Shown: positions 9,230 through 21,191, counted from the whole stretch's first letter. The stretch: 63,796 nt of DNA, filler included, from an uncultured bacterium (GCA_964471275.1; 5 parts of 5 records of this genome joined end to end with filler, not necessarily neighbours in it); one strand, 5' to 3'. The notes: generated by a model not told the origin, from the letters alone. Numbers and translations: made by a program.

Positions 9230-10225
9230 ATGCCAGAAGCAACGCGCATCATACAGATCGGTATGGGACCGTTGGGCCGTCTGATGACACCCGTCATTGC
9301 GGACAAGCAATCGGTCGAGATCATCGGGGCTGTCGACCTGGATCCAAAAATCGCCGGAAAATCTCTAGCCACGCTGACTTCGGCCTCGGATATTCAGATC
9401 ACGGTTGTGGACGACCTTTCTGACACGCTGCAAGGCAAGCCAGATGTCGCAGTGGTAACGACCGTGTCTGAACTCGACAGGCTCTGGTCACAGATTGAGC
9501 CGGTCGTTGCCTCAGGTGTCCACGTCGTATCCACGTGCGAGGAACTCTCCTATCCGTGGACGACTAACCCCGACCTTGCCTCGGAAATCGATCGGGCGGC
9601 AGTGGCTGCCGACGTATCCGTCCTGGGCACCGGCATCAATCCGGGGTACCTCATGGATTTCCTGCCGACGGCGGCGACCGCGGTCGTAAACCGCGTGGAT
9701 CGCATACTTATAGAACGCATACAGGACGCGACCACACGTCGACTGCCTTTCAGACAGAAAATCGGCGCAGGACTCTCCCGGGAAGCCTTCGAAGCACGCG
9801 CAGCATCCGGCAAGATTCGCCACGTAGGCCTGACAGAGTCGATGCACCTGGTTGCGGCCAAGCTTGGGTGGACACTCGACAGGACAGAAGACATCGTCGA
9901 GCCAGCCCTTGCGGCACGCCCTGTGTCTGTCAATGGGAGCACGGTCGAGATCGGCCAGGCAACGGGTGTAGTCCAAACGGGTCGCGGCTACGTGAATGAC
10001 AGGGAGGTGCTGACTCTTGTCTTCAGGGCCGCTGTCGGGCAATTGGATCCACGCGATACTGTGACGCTCTATGGAGATCCCGACTACACGATCACGGTAC
10101 CAGGAGGTACGCACGGCGACACAGCCACCTGTGCGATCGTTGCCAACGCCATTCCTGCGGTAAAGAACGCTCAACCCGGTCTTCGGACGATGGCTGACAT
10201 CGCCCCTATCTCCTGCTGCCTCTGA
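9230..10225 (+). CDS. NAD(P)H-dependent amine dehydrogenase / 2,4-diaminopentanoate dehydrogenase (Ord)-like protein
   Basis: GMGPLG Rossmann motif, VVSTCEELSYP, GTGINPG..MD, GHVGL-like RHVGLTES, GDTAT, PGL.TMAD. Confidence 0.8.
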   Translation: MPEATRIIQIGMGPLGRLMTPVIADKQSVEIIGAVDLDPKIAGKSLATLTSASDIQITVVDDLSDTLQGKPDVAVVTTVSELDRLWSQIEPVVASGVHVVSTCEELSYPWTTNPDLASEIDRAAVAADVSVLGTGINPGYLMDFLPTAATAVVNRVDRILIERIQDATTRRLPFRQKIGAGLSREAFEARAASGKIRHVGLTESMHLVAAKLGWTLDRTEDIVEPALAARPVSVNGSTVEIGQATGVVQTGRGYVNDREVLTLVFRAAVGQLDPRDTVTLYGDPDYTITVPGGTHGDTATCAIVANAIPAVKNAQPGLRTMADIAPISCCL

Positions 10226-12552
10226 TGAACACTGCACTCATCCCCGATACCGATGTCACCCACATCCTGAACGCGGACCACCACGATCCGTTCGAGGTTC
10301 TCGGGATGCATCCCATCTGGGAGGAGGGTGCAAACCGGATTGTTGTCCGCTGCTTCCGGCCCGAAGCAAAGGCCGTTCGTGTCATTGACGCCAGCACAGG
10401 AAGATCCGTCTCAGCTCTGGAACGTCGTCACGAATCAGGCTTCTTCGAATCTGTCCTACCTGACCGAGACACGGTCTTCGCCTACCGGTTCGAGATCACC
10501 AACCACCGCGACCAGAAATACACCCTCTCGGATCCCTACAGCTTTGGTCCCGTGTTAACGGACTTCGATCTGCACCTCGTCGGTGAGGGGTCGCATCAGA
10601 ACCTATTCGACAAGCTGGGCGCCAGCTGCATCGAACGTGATGGGGTTCCGGGTGTCGGGTTCTCTGTCTGGGCGCCTGCAGCCAGACGCGTGAGTGTTGT
10701 CGGTGATTTCAACGGCTGGGATGGCCGCTACCACCCGATGCGTGCTCATGGTTCATCGGGAATCTGGGAAATCTTCATCCCCGATCTAGAAGAGGGTGCC
10801 CTTTACAAGTTCGAGGTCAAAGAGCAGGATAAGACCGTTCACATCAAGACCGATCCCTTCGCCAAACGTATGGAACTGCGTCCGCAGACATCCTCGATCG
10901 TGCACGCCATCCGCGACGACAACTGGACGGACGAGATCTGGATCGATCGGCGCGCACAGTCGAACGCGGTCGAAGAACCGATGTCGATCTACGAAGTGCA
11001 TCTGGGATCCTGGCGGCGCATCCCCGAAGAGGACAATCGACCGCTCAGCTACCTCGAGCTCGCCGACCAGCTTATCCCCTATGTCAGCAACCTGGGCTAC
11101 ACACATATTGAACTGATGCCGATACTAGAGCATCCGCTCGACCAGTCCTGGGGTTACCAGGTCCTCGGCTACTACGCGCCGACTAGCCGGTATGGCACGC
11201 CGGATGAGTTCCAGCACTTTGTGAACACGTGTCACAACCACAACATCGGCGTTCTCCTGGACTGGGTTCCCGGCCACTTCCCGAAGGATGCCCAGGGACT
11301 CGCGCGATTCGATGGAACAGCTCTTTTCGAGCACGAAGACCCTCGCCAGGGCGCTCACCCCGACTGGGGCACTCTGATCTTCAACTACGGTCGCACAGAA
11401 GTTCGCAACTTTCTGATCAACAACGCGCTTTACTGGATCGAGAAATACCACATCGACGGTCTACGTGTTGACGCCGTTACCTCGATGCTCTACCTCGACT
11501 ACTCGCGGGAAGAGGGCGATTGGGTCCCAAACCGCTTCGGCGGGCGGGAAAACCTGGAAGCCGTCACGTTCATCCAGGAGCTGAATCATAAAGTCTATGA
11601 TCGCTTTCCTGGTGTGTTGATGATTGCCGAAGAGTCAACCGCGTGGCCCGGGGTTTCGCGACCAACCTACCTTGGCGGGCTCGGTTTCGGATTCAAGTGG
11701 AACATGGGTTGGATGCACGATACGCTGGGCTACATGGCGACTGAACCCATTCACAGAAAATACCATCACGACAGCCTGACGTTCGGGCTAGTCTACGCGT
11801 TCCACGAAAATTTCATCCTGGCGATCTCGCACGACGAAGTCGTTCACGGTAAGGGATCTCTGGTTGACAAGATGCCCGGCGATGTTTGGCAGAAGTTCGC
11901 GAACTTGCGCGCCTACTTCGGCTATATGTTCGGACACCCCGGGAAGAAGCTGCTATTCATGGGATGTGAGTTTGGTCAATGGCAAGAATGGAATGCAGAA
12001 ACCAGCCTGGATTGGCATCTGACCGATCACGCCGATCACGCGGGTCTGCAGGCGTTGATTCGGGATCTCAACAAAATCTACAGGAGTGAACCGGCGTTGT
12101 ATGAGCTTGATTCGAGCGATGAGGGATTCGACTGGATCGACTTCAGCGATCACGACCAGAGCGTCGTGGCGTTCCAGCGGATCGACCGGAAGACTTCTCA
12201 GAAGATACTCTTCGTCTGCAACTTCACACCCGTCCTCCGAGAGCACTACCGCCTGGGCGTGCCGGGTGTGGGTACCTATCGAGAACTCCTGAACACAGAT
12301 GCCGCAATCTACGGTGGCGGAAACCAGGGCAACCTTGGCGTCGTTGAATCCGAGGAAACGGAGTCACACGGGCGCGAATACAGCATCGACATCACGCTTC
12401 CCCCTCTCTCCACCGTCCTGTTCAAGCTCCAGACCTACCCCGCCGCAGCGACCTCTCGCTCAACCCAGTCGGCGATCAACCGTATGCCTGTTTCGTTGCG
12501 CGTATCGAAGGGGATCACCACGTCGGCCAGCTTCGCCCAAGCTTCCGAATAG
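10225..12552 (+). CDS. glgB: 1,4-alpha-glucan branching enzyme
   Basis: DPFEVLGMH, YEVHLGSW, SWGYQ, DWVPGHF, DGLRVDAV, AEESTAWP, SHDEVVHGKGSL, TLPPL. Confidence 0.97.
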   Translation: MNTALIPDTDVTHILNADHHDPFEVLGMHPIWEEGANRIVVRCFRPEAKAVRVIDASTGRSVSALERRHESGFFESVLPDRDTVFAYRFEITNHRDQKYTLSDPYSFGPVLTDFDLHLVGEGSHQNLFDKLGASCIERDGVPGVGFSVWAPAARRVSVVGDFNGWDGRYHPMRAHGSSGIWEIFIPDLEEGALYKFEVKEQDKTVHIKTDPFAKRMELRPQTSSIVHAIRDDNWTDEIWIDRRAQSNAVEEPMSIYEVHLGSWRRIPEEDNRPLSYLELADQLIPYVSNLGYTHIELMPILEHPLDQSWGYQVLGYYAPTSRYGTPDEFQHFVNTCHNHNIGVLLDWVPGHFPKDAQGLARFDGTALFEHEDPRQGAHPDWGTLIFNYGRTEVRNFLINNALYWIEKYHIDGLRVDAVTSMLYLDYSREEGDWVPNRFGGRENLEAVTFIQELNHKVYDRFPGVLMIAEESTAWPGVSRPTYLGGLGFGFKWNMGWMHDTLGYMATEPIHRKYHHDSLTFGLVYAFHENFILAISHDEVVHGKGSLVDKMPGDVWQKFANLRAYFGYMFGHPGKKLLFMGCEFGQWQEWNAETSLDWHLTDHADHAGLQALIRDLNKIYRSEPALYELDSSDEGFDWIDFSDHDQSVVAFQRIDRKTSQKILFVCNFTPVLREHYRLGVPGVGTYRELLNTDAAIYGGGNQGNLGVVESEETESHGREYSIDITLPPLSTVLFKLQTYPAAATSRSTQSAINRMPVSLRVSKGITTSASFAQASE

Positions 12553-13058
12553 GTCGCCACATTCGGCAGGACGTCGTGTCGGTACCATTCAGTTGCGCCT
12601 TCCAGCGTCGTCTTTCCTGACTGGGTATCCCGGAGCAGGCGTCGTAACACGCGCTCGTGAACGTTCGCATCCACGAATACCGTCAGATCCGCCAGTGCCA
12701 GGATGCGCGGTTCATTGAACAGAAGGTGGCCCTCCGTGACGACGACAGGCGATGGTCCCAGCTCGGTCTGCGCATCGCCTCTCAGCCGAGACCGAGTACC
12801 TGCCACCGGCAGGCAGACGGACTTCCCAGCCTTCAAGGCCGTCAGATGGGTGACGAGCTCATCCCAGAGCACCGCCCGTGGGTGGTTACTGGTCGCGACA
12901 TCCACACCCTCCTCATCCGGATACTCGCGGAAGTCACGGAAATAGCGATCCTGATTCACAAGCACGGGCAACAGATCAGCCAGCATTTTGCAGAGGTGAC
13001 CCGAAAACGTCGACTTTCCGGAAGCCGTTGCACCCGATACCGCGACGATCAAACTCAT
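12435..13058 (-). CDS. Uridine kinase family P-loop kinase
   Basis: GATASGKST Walker A, QDRYF, NHP, VVTEG, RLLRD, ADVVIP. Confidence 0.8.
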   Translation of the reverse strand: MSLIVAVSGATASGKSTFSGHLCKMLADLLPVLVNQDRYFRDFREYPDEEGVDVATSNHPRAVLWDELVTHLTALKAGKSVCLPVAGTRSRLRGDAQTELGPSPVVVTEGHLLFNEPRILALADLTVFVDANVHERVLRRLLRDTQSGKTTLEGATEWYRHDVLPNVATYSEAWAKLADVVIPFDTRNETGIRLIADWVEREVAAAG

Positions 13059-13110
13059 AAGCAGAGCCCGCTCCTGGTCAACTTGATGGACATAGTGCTA
13101 ATTCCGGACA

Positions 13111-13139
13111 TTGACATCGCTAATCGTCCCGTGCATGTT
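13111..13139 (+). promoter_or_regulatory. Possible sigma70-type promoter for the gene at 13181
   Basis: TTGACA, 17-nt spacer, weak -10 CATGTT. Confidence 0.35.
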
Positions 13140-13180
13140 CTTCATGTTCATCAGCAATCAGGTCCAAGGGAGGGTCCGCC

Positions 13181-13654
13181 ATGGCGATCCGGATCGCCGC
13201 GCACACGTGCATCTTCCAACAGTATGGTTTTGATCAAGTCAAACAGGCCGAAAAGATCGCGGACACGATCTCAGAGGCCGGTTACGATGCGATCGAGTGG
13301 CACCACACAGCACTTACCGGAGATGACTATAAGAACAGGTTGGAGCACGCGCAGCGCAATTCCGGCCTTGAGTTGATCGGTGTGTCGCACAGCTTGCCAC
13401 TCTGGAATCAGGGCGAGTATGAGCGCATCATGGATATTCTTGACGATCACGCCGAAAGGCTGTCGTCGATCGACACGGGTCTGGTCTGCAGTCTCTCCTG
13501 CTCCGGAAAAGCGAGTTCGAACCGAAACGCATCTCAGAACGAACATCTGGTACAGGTTCTGATCGAGCTGAATGGGCTTTTCGATTCACTCGATCTCAAG
13601 TTCGCCTACCAGAACACCGGTGAGTCGCAAGCAGACCTGGATCACCTGACGGAC
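13181..13654 (+). CDS. Sugar phosphate isomerase/epimerase-like TIM-barrel protein (3'-truncated at contig end)
   Basis: ISEAGYDAIE motif; GGAGG RBS; frame runs into the N linker. Confidence 0.6.
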
Positions 13655-13754
13655 NNNNNNNNNNNNNNNNNNNNNNNNNNNNNNNNNNNNNNNNNNNNTT
13701 AATTAATTAANNNNNNNNNNNNNNNNNNNNNNNNNNNNNNNNNNNNNNNNNNNN
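13655..13754. other. Artificial contig linker
   Basis: N44-TTAATTAATTAA-N44, with stops in all six frames. Confidence 0.99.
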
Positions 13755-13756
13755 TC

Positions 13757-15436
13757 AACAAGATGGATCGCACCGGGGCTGATTTTTATCGTGTCGTCGA
13801 TATGATGCACGATCGTCTGGGATCGAACTTTGTTCCGGTCCAGATTCCGGTAGGCTCCGGTGAGATGTTCACCGGTCTGATCGATCTTGTGAAGATGAAG
13901 CTCGTTTCCTACCAGGAAGACACACTCGGAATCAAGTTCACGGAAAGCGACATTCCCAGAGATCTTGAAAACGAAGCCAACACGTATCGCGAGAAGCTTC
14001 TCGAGTCCGTTTCGGATTTCGACGATACGTTGATGGAGAAGTTCCTGGATGGAGAGGAGATAAAGGAGTCGGAGATCATAGCTGCACTCCGTCAGGCCGT
14101 GATCCAGGTGACGGCGGTTCCGGTTTTCGCTGGCTCCGCATTCAAGAACAAGGGTGTTCAACGGCTCCTCGATGGGATCGTAGACTATCTGCCCTCACCG
14201 AATGATGTCGAGGGTGTCGAGGGTAACGATCCGAAGGGCGAGGCTGTCTCGCGCGCCGCCAAGGATGACGAGCCCTTCGCTGCACTGGCATTCAAGGTGA
14301 TGACCGATCCGTATGTGGGCCGCCTGACTTACTTCCGTGTGTATTCCGGGACGCTCAGCGCCGGGTCCTACACCCTGAACTCCAACAAGGGTAAGAAAGA
14401 GCGTATCGGACGCATGCTGCAGATGCACGCGAACAAACGTGAGGAGATCGACAGCGTTGGCCCGGGTGACATCGCAGCAGTTGTCGGACTGAAGGACACG
14501 GGTACGGGTGAGACGCTCTGTGCCGAGGACGCGCCGGTCATTCTGGAATCCATGGAGTTCGCAAAGCCCGTTATCTCTGTGGCCATCGAGCCGAAGACGA
14601 AGGCGGATCAGGACGCTCTGGGCGCCGCGCTCGGGAAGCTGGCAGAAGAGGATCCGACGTTTACGGTTGCGACAGACGAGGATACCGGCCAAACGATCAT
14701 CTCAGGAATGGGTGAACTGCATCTCGAGATTATTGTCGACCGCCTGATGCGCGAGTTCAAAGTCGCAGCGAGTGTCGGTAAGCCGCAGGTTTCGTACAAG
14801 GAAGCACTCCGAAAGACGGTCGAGGCCGAAGGCAAGTTCGTCCGCCAGTCTGGCGGACGGGGTCAGTATGGTCACGTCGTGATGAACGTCGGTCCGGGCG
14901 AATCCGGAACAGGTCTTGTGTTCGAGAACAAGATTGTGGGTGGTAAAATCCCCGGGGAGTACATCAATTCTGTTCGCCGCGGCGTTGCTGAAGCAATGAC
15001 GGGCGGTGTGCTGGCGGGCTATCCCTTCGAGGATGTCTACTGCGAGTTGATCGACGGATCGTATCACGACGTCGACTCGTCGGAGATGGCGTTTCAGATT
15101 TCCGGTTCGATGGGTTTCCGTGCTGCGGCGGGGAAGGCCTCGGCGTTCCTGCTCGAGCCCGTGATGGATGTTGAGGTCGTTGTACCCGAAGAGTATATGG
15201 GCGACGTAATCGGCGATCTTAACTCGCGACGCGGTCAGGTTGCGGGGATGACGAACCGCGGAGACGCACAGGTGATCTCTGCCAGCGTCCCGCTTAGTGA
15301 AATGTTCGGGTATGCCACGACCCTGAGATCGGTCACGCAGGGACGCGCAATCTACTCGATGGAGTTCTCCAAGTTCGTCGAAGTTCCGAACAGCATAAAA
15401 GAAGAGATCATGGCGAGGACGGGCGCGAGCGCCTAA
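13757..15436 (+). CDS. fusA: Elongation factor G (5'-truncated)
   Basis: Begins at G4 motif [47 protein letters not shown]. Confidence 0.98.
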   Translation, partial: NKMDRTGADFYRVVDMMHDRLGSNFVPVQIPVGSGEMFTGLIDLVKMKLVSYQEDTLGIKFTESDIPRDLENEANTYREKLLESVSDFDDTLMEKFLDGEEIKESEIIAALRQAVIQVTAVPVFAGSAFKNKGVQRLLDGIVDYLPSPNDVEGVEGNDPKGEAVSRAAKDDEPFAALAFKVMTDPYVGRLTYFRVYSGTLSAGSYTLNSNKGKKERIGRMLQMHANKREEIDSVGPGDIAAVVGLKDTGTGETLCAEDAPVILESMEFAKPVISVAIEPKTKADQDALGAALGKLAEEDPTFTVATDEDTGQTIISGMGELHLEIIVDRLMREFKVAASVGKPQVSYKEALRKTVEAEGKFVRQSGGRGQYGHVVMNVGPGESGTGLVFENKIVGGKIPGEYINSVRRGVAEAMTGGVLAGYPFEDVYCELIDGSYHDVDSSEMAFQISGSMGFRAAAGKASAFLLEPVMDVEVVVPEEYMGDVIGDLNSRRGQVAGMTNRGDAQVISASVPLSEMFGYATTLRSVTQGRAIYSMEFSKFVEVPNSIKEEIMARTGASA

Positions 15437-15519
15437 CCGAAGGATGCTAGGGAAATCGTAATAGACGACCAGTGAGAGCCTAAACAGAGTCAGGCCTTAC
15501 TCTACAGGAGGATGTATCG

Positions 15520-16713
15520 ATGGCGAAGGAGAAGTTTGAAAGAGACAAGCCGCACGTTAATATCGGAACCATCGGCCACGTCGATCACGGCAAGACGACG
15601 CTGACAGCGGCGATCACGAAGACGCTGGGTGCCAAGGGCTTTGCGGATTTCACACCCTTCGAAGATATCGACAAGGCTCCAGAAGAGAAAGAGCGCGGCA
15701 TCACGATCAATACCGCTCACGTAGAATACCAGACAGAGAATCGACACTATGCCCACGTCGATTGCCCGGGTCACGCTGACTATGTGAAGAACATGATCAC
15801 GGGTGCTGCGCAGATGGACGGCGCAATCCTCGTTGTCAGTGCTGCTGACGGCCCGATGATTCAGACGCGCGAGCACATTCTCTTGTCGCATCAGGTGAAC
15901 GTGCCGGCCATGGTCGTATTTATGAACAAGTGCGACATGGTAGACGATCCTGAACTCCTCGACCTGGTCGAGCTTGAAGTTCGTGAACTCCTGAGTCAGT
16001 ATGAGTATGACGGTGACGAAGTCCCGATCATCCGCGGCTCCGGTCTGAAAGCCCTTGAATCGGATGATGCCGATTCGGAAGAGTGCAAGGCGATCTGGGA
16101 GCTGATGGAGGCAGTCGATACCTACGTTCCGATGCCGGAACGCGATGTGGACCGCGACTTCCTGATGCCGGTTGAGGATGTCTTCACGATCACTGGGCGT
16201 GGGACGGTCGGGACGGGCCGGATCGAACGTGGCGTCATCAACATCAACGAGGAGATTGAGATCATCGGTCTCAAGGACACACAGAAGTCGGTTGTGACGG
16301 GTGTCGAGATGTTCCGAAAGCTTCTCGATCAAGGCCAGGCTGGCGACAACGTCGGTCTCCTGCTCCGCGGTGTGGACAAGGAGAACCTTGAGCGAGGCAT
16401 GGTCATCGCCAAGCCGAGTTCGATCACGCCCCATACGAAATTCACGGGCGAGGTTTACATCCTGACGGAGAAGGAAGGTGGCCGAAGCAAACCGTTCTTC
16501 ACCGGCTACCGCCCGCAGTTCTACTTCCGCACAACGGATGTAACGGGCGCAGTTGCCCTCCCCGATGGTGTCGAGATGGTGATGCCTGGTGACAACGTCA
16601 CGATTACCGTCGAACTGATTCAGCCGATCGCAATCGAGAAGGAACTCCGATTCGCTGTCCGCGAAGGTGGTCGCACCATCGGCGCAGGCGTCGTAACGGA
16701 AGTAACGGACTAA
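15520..16713 (+). CDS. tuf: Elongation factor Tu
   Basis: [44 protein letters not shown]. Confidence 0.99.
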   Translation: MAKEKFERDKPHVNIGTIGHVDHGKTTLTAAITKTLGAKGFADFTPFEDIDKAPEEKERGITINTAHVEYQTENRHYAHVDCPGHADYVKNMITGAAQMDGAILVVSAADGPMIQTREHILLSHQVNVPAMVVFMNKCDMVDDPELLDLVELEVRELLSQYEYDGDEVPIIRGSGLKALESDDADSEECKAIWELMEAVDTYVPMPERDVDRDFLMPVEDVFTITGRGTVGTGRIERGVININEEIEIIGLKDTQKSVVTGVEMFRKLLDQGQAGDNVGLLLRGVDKENLERGMVIAKPSSITPHTKFTGEVYILTEKEGGRSKPFFTGYRPQFYFRTTDVTGAVALPDGVEMVMPGDNVTITVELIQPIAIEKELRFAVREGGRTIGAGVVTEVTD

Positions 16714-16730
16714 GGGACGGAGGACCGAAC

Positions 16731-17039
16731 TTGCCCGCGCAAAAGATCCGCATCCGCCTGAAGGCATATGACCATCTGGCACTTGACCGCTCCGCTGAAG
16801 ATATCGTTCGAACGGCGAAGCGTACCGGGGCCCTAATCTCGGGACCCATTCCATTGCCGACAAAACGGTCGCTGTATACCGTGTTGCGGTCTCCGCACGT
16901 CGACAAGAAGTCGCGGGAGCAGTTCGAAATGAGGATTCACAAGCGCCTCATTGACATCCATAATTCGACACCCCAGACAGTTGACGCGCTGATGAAGCTC
17001 GATCTGCCTGCCGGTATCGACATCGAAATCAAGGTTTGA
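16731..17039 (+). CDS. rpsJ: 30S ribosomal protein S10
   Basis: [34 protein letters not shown] start. Confidence 0.98.
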   Translation: MPAQKIRIRLKAYDHLALDRSAEDIVRTAKRTGALISGPIPLPTKRSLYTVLRSPHVDKKSREQFEMRIHKRLIDIHNSTPQTVDALMKLDLPAGIDIEIKV

Positions 17040-17042
17040 CCC

Positions 17043-17666
17043 GTGCTCGGATTGATCGGAAAGAAAGTTGGGATGACACAGGTTTTTGATGATAGTGAGA
17101 AGCTGATTCCTCTCACGGTTGTCGAAGCCGGTCCTTGTCCTGTGGTTCAGGTTAAGACAGAGGAATCCGACGGTTACAGCGCTCTCAAGGTTGCATTTGG
17201 CGCGGTGAAAGAGCTGCGCCTGACGAAGCCTGAGCACGGCGTCTTTGAGAAGAGCGGCGTTGCGGCCAGGAAGATGCTCAAAGAGTTCCGCGTCGATGGA
17301 CAGCCGGAGCAAGATGTTGGTGACGAATTGAACGTGTCTCTTTTTGAAGCGGGAGAAGTCGTCGATGTCTCTGGCAGGTCGAAGGGCAAAGGCTTCGCCG
17401 GTACGGTCAAGCGGCATAACTTTGCGGGTGGTCCAAAGACGCACGGTCAGTCTGACCGTCATCGTGCCCCCGGGTCGATCGGTCAGAGTTCGCAGCCCTC
17501 AAAAGTCATGAAGGGCATTCGGATGTCCGGTCATATGGGTGATCGTAACATCACAGCGCGCGGGCTGACAGTCTTCGGCGTCGATGTCGAGAGAAACCTT
17601 TTGTTGATCAAAGGCGCCGTTCCCGGTGGTAACGGGTCAACGGTCGTCATTCTAAAGCGGAAGTAG
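17043..17666 (+). CDS. rplC: 50S ribosomal protein L3
   Basis: GKKVGMTQ, SKGKGFAG, HRAPGSIG, GAVPG. Confidence 0.98.
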   Translation: MLGLIGKKVGMTQVFDDSEKLIPLTVVEAGPCPVVQVKTEESDGYSALKVAFGAVKELRLTKPEHGVFEKSGVAARKMLKEFRVDGQPEQDVGDELNVSLFEAGEVVDVSGRSKGKGFAGTVKRHNFAGGPKTHGQSDRHRAPGSIGQSSQPSKVMKGIRMSGHMGDRNITARGLTVFGVDVERNLLLIKGAVPGGNGSTVVILKRK

Positions 17667-17673
17667 CGGCGAT

Positions 17674-18306
17674 ATGGCAACGGTTGACGTATACGATGTT
17701 AAAGGCAAAGCAGTCGGGAAGGCTGACCTCGATGAGTCCCTTTTCGGTATCGATCCGTCGGAAGGCGCTATTTACCAGGCCATAAAGGCGTTCCTGACGA
17801 ACAAACGACAGGGGAACGCATCGACGAAGACACGAGCCGATGTCTTCTTGACGAAGCGGAAGATGTATCGTCAGAAGGGCACCGGGCGCGCTCGCGCAGG
17901 GAAGGCGAGTTCGCCTATAAGAGTTGGTGGTGGTGTTGCTCACGGACCTCATCCCCGGTCGTATCAGGAGCGGGTTCCGCGGAGAGTCCGGAAATTGGCT
18001 CTCCGATCGGCGTTCTCGATGAAGGCATCTGCTGACGGTGTGAAGGTACTGCAGGACTTCAAGCTGGACGCACCGAAGACAAAGCAGATTGCGGATATCA
18101 CGAAGGCGATTGAGGTAGATTCCGGAAAGACACTGATGCTGATTGATGAGCACGACGGGATTATCCAGAAATCCTGCCGGAACATCTCGGGACTGAATGT
18201 TCGCGCCGTCGGCCAGGTCTGCACCTATGATGTGGTGCACGCTGATCGTGTCGTGTTCACCGAGAGCGCACTGGGTCGTGCGCAGGGCCTGTGGGGTGCA
18301 TCGTGA
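17674..18306 (+). CDS. rplD: 50S ribosomal protein L4
   Basis: [28 protein letters not shown]. Confidence 0.98.
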   Translation: MATVDVYDVKGKAVGKADLDESLFGIDPSEGAIYQAIKAFLTNKRQGNASTKTRADVFLTKRKMYRQKGTGRARAGKASSPIRVGGGVAHGPHPRSYQERVPRRVRKLALRSAFSMKASADGVKVLQDFKLDAPKTKQIADITKAIEVDSGKTLMLIDEHDGIIQKSCRNISGLNVRAVGQVCTYDVVHADRVVFTESALGRAQGLWGAS

Positions 18307-18590
18307 AGAATCTGAGAGAGGTGATCCGCCGGCCGCTGATCACTGAGAAGGCCACGCAGTTGCAGGAAGCGAGCGGAAAGTACTCGTTCGAAGTGGACAG
18401 GCGTGCAAACAAGATCGACGTCAAGCGCGCGGTGGAATCGATGTTCGACGTCGAAGTGGTGAAAGTCAACACGACGTCCGTGCACGGCAAAGTCAAACGT
18501 CTCGGCCGATTCGTCGGCCGCCGGTCGGATTGGAAGAAGGCGATCGTGACGCTGGCCGACGGACATAGCATCGATTTCTTCGAGAGTTAA
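18303..18590 (+). CDS. rplW: 50S ribosomal protein L23
   Basis: [18 protein letters not shown] start overlaps rplD stop (GTGA). Confidence 0.97.
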   Translation: MKNLREVIRRPLITEKATQLQEASGKYSFEVDRRANKIDVKRAVESMFDVEVVKVNTTSVHGKVKRLGRFVGRRSDWKKAIVTLADGHSIDFFES

Positions 18591-18593
18591 ACA

Positions 18594-19415
18594 ATGGCCA
18601 AGTCATTCAGACCGACAACTCCGTCACTCCGCTTCAAAACGGTATCGACTTTCGAGGAAGTCACCAAATCGACTCCCGAGAAGTCACTGCTCGAAACCAA
18701 GAAGCGGATCAACGGTCGGAACAACAAGGGTCGGATTACGGTTCGACACCGTGGCGGTGGACACCGTCGTCATTACCGGAAGATCGACTTCAAGCGGAAC
18801 AAGATCGACATTCCAGCAGTAGTCGCCGCGATCGAGTATGATCCGAATCGATCAGCCCGTATCGCGCTGCTGCACTACGTTGACGGTGAGAAGAGATATA
18901 TCCTTGCGCCGATCGGGCTGGAAGTGCGAGCGACTGTTGTTTCGGGACCGGGCGCTGACATCCAGGTTGGGAACGCACTGCCGCTCGAGAAAATTCCGGA
19001 CGGCACGAGCATCCACAACGTTGAGTTGCAACCAGGGAAAGGCGGCCAGATGGGCCGCTCCGCTGGTACGATGATTCAGATTATGGCCAAGGAAGGGGAT
19101 TTTGCGCAGCTTCGTCTCCCTTCCGGTGAAACGCGACTGGTGCGTCTCTCCTGTTACGCAACCATTGGTCAGGTAGGGAACACGGATCACGAGAATATCG
19201 TGGTCGGAAAAGCTGGACGTTCCCGGTGGCTAGGAAAGCGACCCTCGGTTCGCGGCGTGGCGATGAACCCGGTCGATCACCCGCACGGCGGCGGAGAAGG
19301 TCGTGCAACGGGTGGTGGTCATCCGGTTACGCCCTGGGGGCAGCCGACTCGTGGCTACAAGACCCGGAAGAAGAAGAAGCAGTCCAGCAAGTGGATCGTC
19401 CGGCGCAGGAAGTAG
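18594..19415 (+). CDS. rplB: 50S ribosomal protein L2
   Basis: [38 protein letters not shown]. Confidence 0.99.
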   Translation: MAKSFRPTTPSLRFKTVSTFEEVTKSTPEKSLLETKKRINGRNNKGRITVRHRGGGHRRHYRKIDFKRNKIDIPAVVAAIEYDPNRSARIALLHYVDGEKRYILAPIGLEVRATVVSGPGADIQVGNALPLEKIPDGTSIHNVELQPGKGGQMGRSAGTMIQIMAKEGDFAQLRLPSGETRLVRLSCYATIGQVGNTDHENIVVGKAGRSRWLGKRPSVRGVAMNPVDHPHGGGEGRATGGGHPVTPWGQPTRGYKTRKKKKQSSKWIVRRRK

Positions 19416-19445
19416 TAAGACCGAAACCCAACACAGGAATACGAT

Positions 19446-19733
19446 ATGTCCCGTTCGATCAAAAAAGGGCCTTTTGTAGAGCCGAGTCTCGCGAAGAAGA
19501 TCGAGAGCATGAACAAGTCCGGTGAGAAACGTGTTGTTCAGACGTGGGCAAGACGCTCCACGATCTCACCTGATTTTGTCGGCCATACCTTGGCAGTTCA
19601 CAACGGCAACAAGTTCATCCCCGTATATGTGACCGAGAATATGGTCGGTCACAAGCTTGGCGAGTTTGCTCCGACCCGGACATACCGCGGTCACGGTGGG
19701 CAACTCACAGAGCGGTCAACCGCACTAAAATAG
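19446..19733 (+). CDS. rpsS: 30S ribosomal protein S19
   Basis: [22 protein letters not shown]. Confidence 0.98.
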   Translation: MSRSIKKGPFVEPSLAKKIESMNKSGEKRVVQTWARRSTISPDFVGHTLAVHNGNKFIPVYVTENMVGHKLGEFAPTRTYRGHGGQLTERSTALK

Positions 19734-19743
19734 GCACGGATCG

Positions 19744-20085
19744 ATGGAAGCTCGCGCGGTTCTCCGATACGCGAAAATTTCTCCTCGCAAGTCACGTCAG
19801 GTCATCGACCTTGTACGCGGCAAGGGAGTCGAGGAAGCACTGAACATCCTCCAGTTTACGCAAAAGAAAGCCGCGCGTCTGGTGGAGCGCACACTTCGCT
19901 CTGCGATCGCCAATGCGACCAACCGCGAAGAAGATGCTGCGCGTGAAGAAGATCTGTTTGTGAAGACAGCTTTTGTGGACGGTGGTATTGCTTTCAAGCG
20001 GATTCGTCCGATGCCCCGGGGCGCAGCGGGCCACATTCTGAAGCGCATGAGCCACATCACTCTCGTCGTGTCTGACGAAGCCTAG
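19744..20085 (+). CDS. rplV: 50S ribosomal protein L22
   Basis: [20 protein letters not shown]. Confidence 0.97.
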   Translation: MEARAVLRYAKISPRKSRQVIDLVRGKGVEEALNILQFTQKKAARLVERTLRSAIANATNREEDAAREEDLFVKTAFVDGGIAFKRIRPMPRGAAGHILKRMSHITLVVSDEA

Positions 20086-20099
20086 TTAGGGAGGCACCT

Positions 20100-20756
20100 T
20101 TGGGCCAGAAGACCCATCCAATTGGATTCCGACTCGGCGTGTCGAAGGACTGGTCTTCGCGCTGGTTCGCCGGTAAGGCGGACTTCGCGAATCTGCTTCA
20201 GGAAGACCTGATGCTTCGCCGCTACATCAACAGCCGCCTGCAGCGTGCAAGCTTGGCGAAAGTGGAGATCGAGCGAGCCCCCAAGCGGGTGACCATATCG
20301 ATACACACGGCACGTCCCGGGATCGTGATTGGCCGCAAAGGCGCCGAAGTCGACAAGCTTCGGGATGAGCTCAAGCACGTCACGGGCAAAGAGATCTACA
20401 TCAACATCCAGGAGATCAAGCGACCTGAACTCAACGCACAGCTTGTTGCAGACAACATCGCACGGCAGCTGGAGCAGCGGGTCTCCTTCCGGAGAGCGAT
20501 GAAAAAGGCTGTAGCATCAGCGTTGCGGATGGGTGCGGAGGGAATCAAGGTGATCTGCTCAGGACGTCTTGGTGGTTCAGAGATGGCCCGACGGGAGATG
20601 ACGGAGCCTGCGGGTCGGGTTCCCCTTCATACGCTTCGCGCCGACATCGACTATGCGCGCGCTACGGGATTCACAACATCGGGAACGGTTGGCGTGAAAG
20701 TTTGGATCTGTCACGGCGAAGTCGTTCCAGATAAAGAACAGAGCCTCGCGGGCTAG
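20100..20756 (+). CDS. rpsC: 30S ribosomal protein S3
   Basis: [33 protein letters not shown]. Confidence 0.98.
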   Translation: MGQKTHPIGFRLGVSKDWSSRWFAGKADFANLLQEDLMLRRYINSRLQRASLAKVEIERAPKRVTISIHTARPGIVIGRKGAEVDKLRDELKHVTGKEIYINIQEIKRPELNAQLVADNIARQLEQRVSFRRAMKKAVASALRMGAEGIKVICSGRLGGSEMARREMTEPAGRVPLHTLRADIDYARATGFTTSGTVGVKVWICHGEVVPDKEQSLAG

Positions 20757-20774
20757 GGAAGAGGATCAGCAGCT

Positions 20775-21191
20775 ATGTTAATGCCAAAAAGAGTCAAGTG
20801 GCGGAAAGTCCAGCGAGGACGCATGCGGGGCACGGCCAAGGGAGGCAGTCAGGTTTCCTTCGGTGAATTCGGCCTTCAGGCGCTGGAGCCCGGGTGGATT
20901 ACGAGCCGACAGATCGAGGCAGCCCGTATCGCGATCACGCGATCGCTCGGCCGTGGCGGCAAGATCTGGATTCGCGTGTTCCCGGACAAGCCGATCACGA
21001 TTAAACCTGCCGAGACCCGAATGGGTAAGGGTAAAGGGAACCCGGAGTACTGGGTGACCGTTATCAAGCCGGGTCGGATCATGTTCGAGATCGAGGGTGT
21101 GCCTCGGGAGAGCGCCGCACACGCGGTGAAGCTTGCTAGCCGAAAGCTTCCTGTGAAGGTAAGGTTTGTCGAGCGAAGCGAGGGCGCATGA
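20775..21191 (+). CDS. rplP: 50S ribosomal protein L16
   Basis: [24 protein letters not shown]. Confidence 0.98.
   Translation: MLMPKRVKWRKVQRGRMRGTAKGGSQVSFGEFGLQALEPGWITSRQIEAARIAITRSLGRGGKIWIRVFPDKPITIKPAETRMGKGKGNPEYWVTVIKPGRIMFEIEGVPRESAAHAVKLASRKLPVKVRFVERSEGA

Noticed and set aside
13699..13710. TTAATTAATTAA palindrome repeated four times
   Set aside because: Embedded in N runs; an assembly linker, not a biological repeat or CRISPR
15502..16863. 453-aa - strand ORF
   Set aside because: Antisense shadow of tuf and rpsJ
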